The translations under genes and the position numbers were made by a program. A stretch of DNA of 64,000 nucleotides from Thermodesulfobacteriota bacterium (GTDB lineage Bacteria > Desulfobacterota > Desulfobacteria > Desulfobacterales > SURF-7), in contig JBMORA010000028.1 in assembly GCA_049320885.1 (NCBI GenBank), forward strand, positions 1 to 64,000, written 5' to 3'. Positions 1-9,082 of this stretch are shown one piece after another; the stretch's first letter is position 1, and every line of letters begins with the position of its first letter. The notes below the pieces were generated by a model. It was not told the DNA's origin. It made no database searches and was given only the letters and a program-made list of their open reading frames with translations.

Positions 1-237
1 GGCAGAAAGAAAAAGCAGCCGGGAAGCTCTTCCGTTCTTGAAACGCCTTTTTCAGCCCCCAAAACATCGTTCTAAGACCTCAAAATGGCCAGTTTTTTAT
101 CCTAACCAATTGATAGTAATTGGTTCTTCTTGGTCCGACAAGAAACCAGAAATCGCCTGATGAACCCGTCGGAACAACCTCTTTACAATCCCCATATATA
201 TTGATAATCATATTTTCGAGCCTGACATGGCGGCTCA

Positions 238-369
238 GTTCAACCAATTTTTATCCATCATCCCGCTGAGACATATCTAACTGTTTTCACCTGATCGCTG
301 TCAGAGGCGGAATGACAGCCAGCGCTTCTCCTACATGCGGGACGCTGGATAAAAATCTATACGTTAAGC
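238..369 (+). repeat. attC-like imperfect palindrome (integron recombination site candidate)
   Basis: RYYYAAC (GTTCAAC 238-244) and GTTRRRY (GTTAAGC 363-369) bracket an 18/20 inverted repeat (247-266 vs 337-356); spacer geometry is not fully canonical. Confidence 0.55.
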
Positions 370-385
370 GTAGACAAATAGAGCC

Positions 386-778
386 ATGAAGATCAAACCC
401 ATAGACGAAGCCAATCTAGAGCAGATTTCAAACGTCCTCGGTGACACGGAGACCGGTCTGACCGGGAACGAAATTGGGCGCTATCTCGGCGAGTGCGGTA
501 TCCCTGACCCGCTGCCTGAGATGACCAAACGCATTCGCCTCTTCGAGGCACTTCGGGCACAGCAGCGGTCCGACGGTTGCGGCAACCACATATGCGCCTT
601 CATTCACCGAACCATGAACCCTGTGCTCCACGTCAGCTCTCACGGGTACTTTGTGGCCAAGCAATCAGAACTCAACCGGGTTCTGGCTTTCGAGGGCTTG
701 CGACTGAACGACGAAGGGAAACTCGAATCGTGCAAACAAGCGCGAACGATTTCCCAGGCGGATGAGACGGGCGCTTAA
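386..778 (+). pseudogene. TIGR02391-like protein, N-terminal half only (probable internal deletion), cassette-borne
   Basis: LGDTETGLTGNEIG...TKRIRLFEAL...MNPV...LNRVLAFEGL resembles the TIGR02391 family N-terminus; 130 aa is about half the usual length; the stop overlaps the cassette inverse core CGCTTA. Confidence 0.55.
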
Positions 779-872
779 TCGGGTAAGGGCGGGTCTCTCT
801 CCCGCTCTCCCCACACCACCTATCATGCGGGTCCGCACTAGGCGGTTCCCAGAGGATACCGAGCCGTAGCCG
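778..872 (-). mobile_element. Group IIC intron 3' remnant (domains V-VI) inserted in attC inverse core
   Basis: Minus strand reads GAACCGCCTAGTGCGGACCCGCATGATAGGTGGTGT...ACCCGAT (DV with CGC triad, AY end); 88/95 identical to 3665-3759. Confidence 0.85.
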
Positions 873-944
873 TTTGCGGCAGGTGGTGCCTCCGCCAGTT
901 CTTCCAAAATGACCGCGTATTGCATTAACCAAAGGAGATAAACA

Positions 945-1952
945 ATGAAGTTCAGTCTTAAACAGTTGCTCATAGTGGGTGCTCTGTTCGTTCATTCAGC
1001 AGGCTATGCTGCGGAACTCGTCACGGTCGACAACTTCGTCCGCGCGGAGACCGACATGACATTCAACCGCTACGTCAAGCAGGGTGCTTTCGGCAAGTTC
1101 CTGCACATTCGCCAGCCCACACCGATCGACAAGCAGGATGTCATCCGCATGAACCGCGACACGCTCTACTCGGCCGGCGTGTTCGACCTCAGTGACCCGG
1201 TCACCATCAGCAAGCTGGATTCCGCTGGTCGGTTCCAGTCGATGATGGTCATCAGTCAGGACCACTCGATGCTCCCCGTCGAGCATGGCGCTGGCGAGTT
1301 TACATTGACCAAGGAGAAAGTCGGAACGCGCTTTGCGATTGTCATCTTCCGCACATTTGTCAATGCCAATGATCCGCAGGACATCAAGGCCGCTAACGCC
1401 ATGCAAGACACGATCTCCGTGCGACAGAAGAACACCGGAGCGTTCGAAATTCCGGATTGGGATGAGGCGTCACTGAAGAAGGTCCGTAATGCGATCAACG
1501 TTCTGGCGGCGACCCGAACCAGTGCCAGGGGCATGTTCGGCGACAAAGCCAAACTCGACCCGATCAGCCATCTGCTGGGCACTGCCTTCGGCTGGGGCGG
1601 AAACCCCGAACAAGCCGCCATGTATGACAACGGTGTGCCGGAACAGAATGACGGTAAAACACCTTACCGGGTAACCGTGAAGGATGTACCGGTCGACGGT
1701 TTCTGGTCCATTACCGTCTACAACAAGGCGGGTTTTATGGAGAAAAACGACCAGGACCGCTATTCGTACAACAGCGTGACCGCCGAAAAAAACGCGGACG
1801 GAAGCATCACGATCAATTTCGGCGGCGGCCCCGGCGCTATCAACAATCTGCCCATCACTCCCGGATGGAACTACACCGTGCGGATGTATGAGCCGAAACA
1901 GGAGATCATCAACGGTTCATGGAGTTTTCCCAAGGCACAGCCGGCAAAGTAA
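945..1952 (+). CDS. Secreted DUF1254/DUF1214 domain protein
   Basis: Signal peptide; VTVDNFVRAETD, IRMNRDTLYS, VPVDGFWSITVYN, GWNYTVRMYEP motifs; RBS AAGGAG. Confidence 0.85.
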   Translation: MKFSLKQLLIVGALFVHSAGYAAELVTVDNFVRAETDMTFNRYVKQGAFGKFLHIRQPTPIDKQDVIRMNRDTLYSAGVFDLSDPVTISKLDSAGRFQSMMVISQDHSMLPVEHGAGEFTLTKEKVGTRFAIVIFRTFVNANDPQDIKAANAMQDTISVRQKNTGAFEIPDWDEASLKKVRNAINVLAATRTSARGMFGDKAKLDPISHLLGTAFGWGGNPEQAAMYDNGVPEQNDGKTPYRVTVKDVPVDGFWSITVYNKAGFMEKNDQDRYSYNSVTAEKNADGSITINFGGGPGAINNLPITPGWNYTVRMYEPKQEIINGSWSFPKAQPAK

Positions 1953-2025
1953 GTAGCGAAGATTGCAACATAGAAAACAGGTACACCAACCACCGTTACA
2001 AGACGGTAAACACGAGGAGATGAGC

Positions 2026-3543
2026 ATGAAGATAGTTAAAACGATGACCGTACTGGCCCTTGCGCTGCTGGGTGCCATGACACCGGCCCTGGCCGAACAG
2101 AAAGTTGCCCTGAAGGACCCTTGCCCGGTCAAAATTGAGAACTGGCGCGGCAAGGCCTTCTACGAAATTCTGTTCATGAACCGTAAGGACGACGGAAGCG
2201 GGGTCGGCCACTACTACAACTCTCTGGGCAAGGACCTTGAGGCGACCAACGAGGTGATGGACGCCCGCTTCCGCGCGCTGAATGCCGATACCCTGAAAAA
2301 GGAGTACGGGAGCGATGGCATCCTCTTCAATGGCCCGCGCCGTCTGGTGGCGAACGGCATAACCGGGATGGCCTGGGATGGCTGCAAGGAGAGGATGATC
2401 ACCACGATACCCTTCCGCGTGCTCGGCATCTTCGAAACCCCTGACCTCAGCAAGGCCGTTTCCGGAACGCTTCCTGCTTACAAGGTGCTGGTCTCCAGAC
2501 GTAGCAATACCTTTAGCTTCAATGCGGGCGAAACGCTGTATGAGCTGATCACTCCCGAGGGCGCCGTATACACGATGTTCAGTCTGTCCCTGAAGCTGGA
2601 CCCCAATAACACCATCGAGAACCTGCCAACACTGGGCAAGCGCCTGACCTTGCCGCAAGGCTGGCAATTCAGATCACGCAAGCTGGACAAGGATATGACG
2701 CTGACGTCCACCGTCGATTCCAACCCGCCCAACACCATCGTTCTCGACGAGCTTGAGGGCAACTATCAGTACAACGCTGGCGCCAGCGCTAATGCCGAAC
2801 AGAAATCCTCTCCCCTGGCAGTCTCCACGGAGCCCAAGGTGATCAAGGACGGCAGCAACGCAAAACCTGGTCGTGTCGAGAACATGCACATGACGCGCTA
2901 CATTGAGATGTTCCTCGCCTTCCGAGACCCGCAGAACGGGAAGTTTGTCGCGGCCTGCTATAACCCGATGTTCAGCGCCAACGGCATCCCCTCGACAAGG
3001 GATACCGCACCGCAGGCGCTGGTTGAAGGCCTTGACTTTGAGAAGATCAAAAACGAGTATAACCTCGCCGGCGCATCGCTGAACGGCCCGAAACTCTGGA
3101 CCCCCGATTGGAGCGAAGTGGAGGTGGGCGTCGAGCGAGATTTCAACGGCATCAAGGCGCCCTGGGTTGCCCAACTGAACATGGGCGACAAGCCCGTCGC
3201 TGTTTCGGAAAATGCGCCGTATGCCCCCATGACCATCGCGCGCAGGAGCGCGTTAGGCTGGAAAAAGGGTACGACCGTTTTGCTTCTGGATGACGCCAGT
3301 GGCAATACTTACGTCATGAAGGGCTTTCAAGTCGGCATTGCCCCGAAGTACAGCTACGAACAATTCGTTGCCGCTGGTCAAAGCCAGTTCAAGCAACTCC
3401 CGGCGGGTTGGAAGTTCCGTGTCAAGACGCTGGATAAAGAGCTGATTGAAACACCGCAGGATGGTATCGCCACGATACTTGCAGACGAGTTCTTCAACGT
3501 CTACGACAAGACCGGACCAGGCATGACCAACTACAAACCGTAG
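2026..3543 (+). CDS. Secreted hypothetical protein made of two tandem homologous domains
   Basis: Signal peptide after RBS GAGGAG; repeated motifs NGP[RK], RRS, LP[QA]GW[QK]FR..LDK, DE...Y in both halves. Confidence 0.8.
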   Translation: MKIVKTMTVLALALLGAMTPALAEQKVALKDPCPVKIENWRGKAFYEILFMNRKDDGSGVGHYYNSLGKDLEATNEVMDARFRALNADTLKKEYGSDGILFNGPRRLVANGITGMAWDGCKERMITTIPFRVLGIFETPDLSKAVSGTLPAYKVLVSRRSNTFSFNAGETLYELITPEGAVYTMFSLSLKLDPNNTIENLPTLGKRLTLPQGWQFRSRKLDKDMTLTSTVDSNPPNTIVLDELEGNYQYNAGASANAEQKSSPLAVSTEPKVIKDGSNAKPGRVENMHMTRYIEMFLAFRDPQNGKFVAACYNPMFSANGIPSTRDTAPQALVEGLDFEKIKNEYNLAGASLNGPKLWTPDWSEVEVGVERDFNGIKAPWVAQLNMGDKPVAVSENAPYAPMTIARRSALGWKKGTTVLLLDDASGNTYVMKGFQVGIAPKYSYEQFVAAGQSQFKQLPAGWKFRVKTLDKELIETPQDGIATILADEFFNVYDKTGPGMTNYKP

Positions 3544-3664
3544 CGAATCGGCCAGACCATAGGCCAGTGGGTGGCGCCCGGTTTCATCATGATCGATCCA
3601 CCCACGAATGCCACATTGTTAGAGGTTGGCCAACCAATCACTGTGCAAGCGACATCGCCGCATA

Positions 3665-4591
3665 ATCGGTTAAGGGCGGGTCTCTCTCCCGCCCTCCCAA
3701 CACCACCTAGCATGCGGGTCCGCATTAAGCGGTTCCCAGAGGATACCGAGCCTTAGCCGGGTAATGACTGTTGACCCATAGTTCTTTGACAGATAGCAAA
3801 CCTTGATCCTGAAGCCATTCATTGGTCATGCCTGACTGGGTTGCCAGTGTTCTGGACAGCCTCCACGGTCCTTTACGACTCAGGCCCGGGGATATCGCTT
3901 CCCGAAGGCTGGTGACAAGCTTCACCAACTCGCGGACCTTGGTGCGATACCAGCGCCACTGCTTTACATAACACATGCGCAGGCGTCTGCGGAGCCAATG
4001 GTCAATTTCAGGGATCGGACGATAGTACTCCGAAATCCCATAATAGCCCATCCAACCCCGCAGATATTCCGCCAGTTTTGTGTAGCGATATTCCATGGAC
4101 ATGTTCCGCCCGTTGCTTTCGGTATTTCCACCCGTCTGACCGGCAAGGGTTGATAGGTACCTGCCAGAAGTGACGCACGGATTGAATCCCAGTGTTTGCG
4201 GGCGAATTCCATGAACTTGTCCACCGGCATGTGATCAATGCCGGGGGCGCCTTTGTTGGCCTTCACCCGTTTCCAAGCCTCGATCATGTTTTCTCGGGAT
4301 AGAATCCGCCCCAACAGGTCGACTTTGGGTCTTTCGCTACACAACCACGCCATTTACCCTATCTCCTCAACCCTGGGCTTCGTCATGTTGTGCTGACTTG
4401 CCCGGAAACTGGGCCTTGTATGTCGTTTCTGTTCGTCGGCTCATAGCTTTGCACTCCGGCTTCCTTCAGACGGTCCCTCGCGGTTCCGCCCTTGCCTTCG
4501 GCTAATACTTATACTAATAAATCAAAAGACTTATTAGCAGGATTCACGTACAGGGGACTTTCACCCCATAAAACCGCGCCCATGCCGGGCG
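3665..4591 (-). mobile_element. Group IIC(-attC) intron, internally deleted and missing its first ~3 nt
   Basis: 5' end CGCCCGGCATGGGCGCGG...GTGAAAGTCCC typical of class C; 3' DV/DVI GAACCGC...ACCGAT; antisense insertion right after GCCGCATA (attC R'' interrupted at TA|AC). Confidence 0.88.
3725..4353 (-). pseudogene. Group II intron reverse transcriptase/maturase pseudogene (RT0-1 joined out of frame to domain X; RT core including YADD deleted)
   Basis: AWKRVKANKGAPGID...YQPLPVRRVEIPK.GG then jumps near 4102 to LRGWMGYY...IDHWLRRRLRMC; stop falls inside DV. Confidence 0.88.
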
Positions 4592-4672
4592 TTATGCCTT
4601 TAAAAAAAACAGTTGATTGCACCTACGTTTGTATGTTATTGCGTACAAAATTAATACCAAAAGAGGTACAAA

Positions 4673-4954
4673 ATGCAAAAGTTCAAAATCGATCAAGACA
4701 TCAGGTCAATGTCGGAAGTCAGAAATGCCATGGCTTCTTACATCAAACAAGTCCATGAAACCAAGCGTCCAGTTATAATTACGCAGCATGGCAAGGGTGT
4801 CGCTGTACTTTTGGGGGCAAACGAGTTTGAAGCTATGCAAGAAAAAATCGACCTTCTTTCAGATGTCCAAACCTCTCTCAACCAACTGACAAAAGGCGAA
4901 GGAATTTCCCACCAAAAGGCAAAAGCCACATTATTGGAACGAGTCCCCAAATGA
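4673..4954 (+). CDS. Phd/YefM family antitoxin
   Basis: QVHETKRPVIITQHGKGVAVLL motif; ATGA overlap with toxin. Confidence 0.9.
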   Translation: MQKFKIDQDIRSMSEVRNAMASYIKQVHETKRPVIITQHGKGVAVLLGANEFEAMQEKIDLLSDVQTSLNQLTKGEGISHQKAKATLLERVPK

Positions 4955-5247
4955 AAATAGTGTGGTCTCCCCTTGCTGTGGAAAGGTCGTCAGAAATAGT
5001 TGATTACATTTCGCAAGATAAACCTTTAGCAGCAGACAATTGGATTCATGCAGTCTTTTCAAAGGTTGACCAGCTTCGAGCTAATCCGGAAATTGGACGG
5101 ATTGTCCCTGAAATGAATGAGCGTCAGTTTAGGGAGTTAATTTACGGAAATTATTGAATCATCTATCAAATCGGAATAAAACAAATTTCTATACTTACTA
5201 TTCGACATGGAAAACAGATATTGCCAATCGATGAAATAAAGGCATAA
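4951..5247 (+). pseudogene. RelE/ParE family toxin with in-frame TGA at 5155-5157
   Basis: MKIVWSPLA...GRIVPE...RELIYGNY*IIYQI...ILTIRHGKQILP; frame continues to TAA 5247; TGA sits where YRIIY Arg (CGA) is expected. Confidence 0.85.
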
Positions 5248-5279
5248 CCGCTTCCAGCCGACGCTCGTTCCTCGCGCGG
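5242..5279 (+). repeat. Truncated attC site (left half)
   Basis: GCATAAC overlapping the toxin stop, exact complement of GTTATGC at 4591-4597; followed by TTCCAGCCGACGCTCGTTCCTCGCGCGG, then cut off. Confidence 0.7.
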
Positions 5280-5462
5280 GTGGACCGGTTTCGGCTCCGC
5301 ACCCGCTATTTTTCCGATTCCGGCATCATCGGCGGCAAGGCCTTTGTCTCCGGCCTGTACCAGCGGTTCAAGGATCATTTTCACACCAGCCGGGAGAAAA
5401 AGCTTAAGCGCATCAAGGGTCTTGATGGAATTTATTCCCCGAAACGGCTTGCGGAGGCATAA
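5280..5462 (+). pseudogene. C-terminal fragment of a transposase-like protein (possibly Y1/RAYT type)
   Basis: DRFRLRTRYFSDSGIIG.KAFV...KGLDGIYS.KRL recalls C-termini of deltaproteobacterial transposases (from memory); no N-terminus. Confidence 0.45.
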
Positions 5463-5476
5463 ATCCAGGCTGCCGA

Positions 5477-5539
5477 GGCGACCAGTGCCCCCCAGCTCTT
5501 GATGAAGATGCCGGTGGGAATAGAATACATGTTGGCCAC
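5477..5539 (-). repeat. 63-bp direct repeat of FNT gene 3' segment (copy of 23017-23079)
   Basis: 59/63 identical, 34-bp perfect core; encodes VANMYSIPTGIFIKSWGAL versus VANMYFIPTGIFIKSWGEL. Confidence 0.9.
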
Positions 5540-6059
5540 ATATCTGGCATATCCCACCAGTTTACGCATTGGGCTTCGACTTGACAAGTCAATGCCATAA
5601 ACGGGAATTCTTGTTGAAATTCTCAAAGGACCACCACCGATGACTTCAATGGTTCTATGAAGCGAGAAAACGATACGGACTTAAAATTATTTAATATCTG
5701 TATGTTAACTTGGGAGACCCGGTGCGCTGACAGCGGCGGCCGTTATATCTTATTCGGTCCTGAAAAGCCGCCGGCGAAGGCCGAAGTGGCTTTCATGGTC
5801 AGAAAAGGCCATCAAAGTCTCGGGCTGGCCGGGAATACTGCTCAGACACCTTGCCGGCATGCAGGGCTTATGGAACATAAAAGGTGACCTTGAGCTGTTT
5901 ATTTTCTTTGGCAAGCCTCTGGAAAACGTCACTTGGCTTAATGGCCGGGATGATTTCCCGGTTAGCGTCGTCAGTCATCAGAAGTTTCCTGATTTACAAT
6001 CAGCCGATTACATGTTTATGTTATTTTAAATACAAACCATCGGGATAAGGGAGGCCATC

Positions 6060-6611
6060 ATGCCGGTTAATGAAAAAAAATCCGTTGCCACCTGTCTTAC
6101 ATACGGAATCCCTATGACAATGGTCCTGCTCTTTGATCTGGCCGTTCCCTTGGGCGTGTCCATAGGTGTTTTGTATATCCCTCCCATCCTGTTTTCCCTC
6201 TGGTTTTCCCACAGAGAATTCACCCTGCTGATAACCTTGGTTGCCACTTTTTTTACGATTTTCGCCTTTTTCTGGCAGCCGGGAGTCAATGACATGTGGA
6301 AAGTGGTTTTCAATCGTGCCCTCGCGCTATTTGCCATATGGGTGACGGCCATCCTTGGCCTGAAACGCAAGACCATGGAACTGAAACGCGAGAAAGCGGT
6401 CCGGGAACGGGAAGAAGCCTTGAAGCAGGTACAGATTCTTCGTGGTTTTCTGCCCATCTGCGCGGCCTGCAAAAAAATCCGCAACGACCAAGGCCATTGG
6501 GTCCAGATCGAGGAATACATCAGGGACCACTCGGAAGCGGAATTCAGCCATAGTATTTGTCCGAGCTGTGCCTGCAAATTATATCCGGAGATTTATTCCC
6601 CTCAAGAATGA
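6060..6611 (+). CDS. Membrane protein with C-terminal Cys/His-rich domain (LPICxxCKKIR...SHxICPxC)
   Basis: Three to four hydrophobic helices, a coiled coil, then LRGFLPICAACKKIRNDQGHW...FSHSICPSC. Confidence 0.75.
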   Translation: MPVNEKKSVATCLTYGIPMTMVLLFDLAVPLGVSIGVLYIPPILFSLWFSHREFTLLITLVATFFTIFAFFWQPGVNDMWKVVFNRALALFAIWVTAILGLKRKTMELKREKAVREREEALKQVQILRGFLPICAACKKIRNDQGHWVQIEEYIRDHSEAEFSHSICPSCACKLYPEIYSPQE

Positions 6612-6728
6612 GACTTCTGGCCGTCGGTTCCTTTTGTGGTGTTTCCGGTCATCAGCCGATCCCGCTTTCCCACGGCCGTCGCAGCGGTCCCAAAATCTCA
6701 CTCAGGGTTTCGGCAAATTCACGGCCGC

Positions 6729-7700
6729 TTACCGGTTTTCGAAGCAGTTTGTGGATCCCAACCTGCCGGATTTTGTCTCCGGGGATGGCGTCCGAATGAC
6801 CGGTACTAGTATGACCGGAATGTCTTTGCGGATTTTCCGGAAACGGAGGGCCAATTCATAACCGTTAATTTTGGTCATGCTGAAATCCGTAATAATCAGG
6901 TCGAATCGTGCTGGCGCTTGACAATGCTGTGGACCATGGCCATCCCCATGCCGATATCCTTGGTAGGGCGGCACTGGCCTTGGCCAGTTCGCTGGTCTTG
7001 ACCTCCATCGCCTCGTTCATGGTGATCAATTCCTCATTGGCGGCCTGCAGCTTCTCGCTGGTGGCTTGCAATTCCTCATTGGTGGACTGGAGTTCATCTG
7101 GCCTGGACAAAAAACTGCCCCAAGATGCGCTTGGCCACGCCAGAGGCCCCCGTTTCCGTGTAGGTACCTTTGCGGGCCATGGCAATAGCGGCGGCCTCGA
7201 AATCCGTGGCGAAAATCTGGATTTAATAGCCACCGATATTATCCGCCAGGACCTTGGCCAGGGTGATGGCAATCGAATAGACCTCCTCGCCGGTGGAGCA
7301 CCCGGCGCCCAGATACGGATGTTCTTTTCCACATCGCGCTGTTCCACCATGCTGCGGAAAAAGTTTTCCAAGGTCATGAACGCTTCCGGATCCCGGAAAA
7401 AACTGGTCACGGAAATCAAGAGATCCTTGAACAGCATTCGGATTTCGTCCTCAGAATCCGACAGATGGTCGGCATAGCGCTTCGGTCCACGAGATTGTCG
7501 ACGGAGATCCTACGGCCGATGCGGGTATGGTGATTGCTGCGGGAAAGGGACTCGAAAAAAGATTCAATGGAAGGGATCGGCAGCTGGGGTCATTGAAAAG
7601 CTGTAGCTGAAAGACATTGTTTTCCAGGAACACATGGTGTCTCGGCGGCGGCAGATAAATCCGGTCCGGCACCAGCACCAGGCCCTGATCCACGATGCTG
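6729..7700 (-). pseudogene. Shattered CheB/CheR-type hybrid sensor kinase remnant
   Basis: Ordered out-of-frame fragments: CheB-like RIYLPPP, CheR LLISVTSFFRDPEAF/IRIW, QSTNEELQ coiled coil, kinase-box remnant, receiver FDLIITDFSM. Confidence 0.7.
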
Positions 7701-7764
7701 ACGGGCAGGGTCGCGGCCTCGGACAGGAGCTTCCAAAGCAGGGGGACGCATGTAAACAGATCTC

Positions 7765-8655
7765 TCAGGACTTGAATATGGAGGTTCTATTGAGTTCCGG
7801 AAGCAACGCCAACATCACCGCATTCCAGCCCTTGCTTCCATGATAAGGCGCCTTGATGAGCCGCGACAAATTAAAGGCCTCATACGTTCCATCCGGGTGG
7901 GGAATCAGTACCGGAATGTCGACGCTGCGCAGCAAGGGCAGGTCGTTGGGGCTGTCACCCAAACCGATGGTCAGGATTTTTTCGGAAAAATGTCTTTGAA
8001 AAATGGTTGCCGTAAGTTTCACCGCCACCCCCTTGTCGTTGTGCTCGTCGATAAGATGATGGAAACGGCCACCACGAATGACACGCAATCCGGCCGCCCG
8101 TGCAGAAGTAAACAAGTCGTGCTTGCGGGTCGTATCATTCAGCAGCAAAGGCTCGCTGAACTCTCTTTGTTTGGCCAATACGGCTTGGTCGACAGAAAGT
8201 CCCGTCTCTTCGGCGATTTCTTCCGCCTCCATATCGTTGAATCCTTGCAATGATGAATGTTGCCGCACATGTTCGACAACGATGCGGGCCAAAGGATAAG
8301 GTGCCCCCAGCATGATCCGGCGGTACCCATTCCGCGCCTTAGATTCCGGAATATCAAAACCTCGGTACTCTTCCGGAAAGAAAACCCCGCCGCCGTTTTC
8401 CACGATAAAGGGCTCGTCTAATTCCAGGATGCCGCGCAGTTCTTCGACTTCGCTGCGGGTTTTGCTGGTACAAAAAATCAAGGGGATGTTGCTGCGCTTT
8501 ATCAGTTCCAGGGCTGGGAGCGCATCGACAAAAGAATAATCGGCATGATTCAGTAAGGTTCCATCAAGATCAGTGAAAATTACAAGCAATCCCGGTTTTT
8601 TCACCCGAATTTTACGGAGGTCTTCCCACACAGTGTTTCCAATAATGTCCTTCAT
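7765..8655 (-). CDS. mpgP: HAD-IIB mannosyl/glucosyl-3-phosphoglycerate phosphatase family
   Basis: FTDLDGTLL, CTSKT.E, FIVENGGG, REFSEP, GGRFHH, GLGDSPND motifs. Confidence 0.85.
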   Translation of the reverse strand: MKDIIGNTVWEDLRKIRVKKPGLLVIFTDLDGTLLNHADYSFVDALPALELIKRSNIPLIFCTSKTRSEVEELRGILELDEPFIVENGGGVFFPEEYRGFDIPESKARNGYRRIMLGAPYPLARIVVEHVRQHSSLQGFNDMEAEEIAEETGLSVDQAVLAKQREFSEPLLLNDTTRKHDLFTSARAAGLRVIRGGRFHHLIDEHNDKGVAVKLTATIFQRHFSEKILTIGLGDSPNDLPLLRSVDIPVLIPHPDGTYEAFNLSRLIKAPYHGSKGWNAVMLALLPELNRTSIFKS

Positions 8656-9082
8656 CCTCTTTCCTCTAATCTCGGAGGACACATACCTGATTCAACATCA
8701 GTGATTCTTGACAGCAGTATGTAGAAAACGGTTCCCTGTTTCTACTTGTTTTTAAGGCCTCCCTATTTTTAAGATTTTGAGATATAACACTTTTCCCACT
8801 AATTTTCCACCTATAATCCAAGAATGGAGCAAGGTCTTCCATCCCATAGCCGAATCGTTTATATGGGTGAGTATCAAAATACATCCTTTTCTGTATTTCA
8901 TCCCATATACGATATTCCTATTGTAGATATCATCTAAAGAGGTTTTTGGAAAAAATGAGCGGAAAATTTGCCGCAAACAACTGAACTGTTGCGAGCCGCT
9001 GTCAGTTTTTCGATAGAGCGCGGCAGCGTCGTGGCAAAAACCATTGCCTCTGATATCAAATCAAACAGAGAGGAGCAAACAA

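Noticed and set aside
1..160. Possible end of an upstream ORF or IS element, with hairpin AACCAATT-N6-AATTGGTT (104-125)
   Set aside because: Too little sequence to assign; no matching terminal repeat visible
275..281. ATCTAAC as alternative attC inverse core
   Set aside because: Lies inside the larger inverted repeat; GTTCAAC at 238 fits the stem better
778..3759. The two 95-bp repeats as CRISPR repeats or IS ends
   Set aside because: Only two copies, direct orientation, and they match group II intron domains V-VI
3725..4353. RT as a retron, DGR or defence RT
   Set aside because: RT0 and domain X motifs plus flanking intron RNA identify a group II intron protein; the catalytic core is deleted
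5155..5157. Selenocysteine or programmed readthrough in the toxin
   Set aside because: Position corresponds to Arg rather than Cys and no SECIS-like hairpin is evident; a CGA-to-TGA change is simpler
9032..9047. Sigma54 promoter for the DksA-BON gene
   Set aside because: GG-GC spacing is 11, not 10
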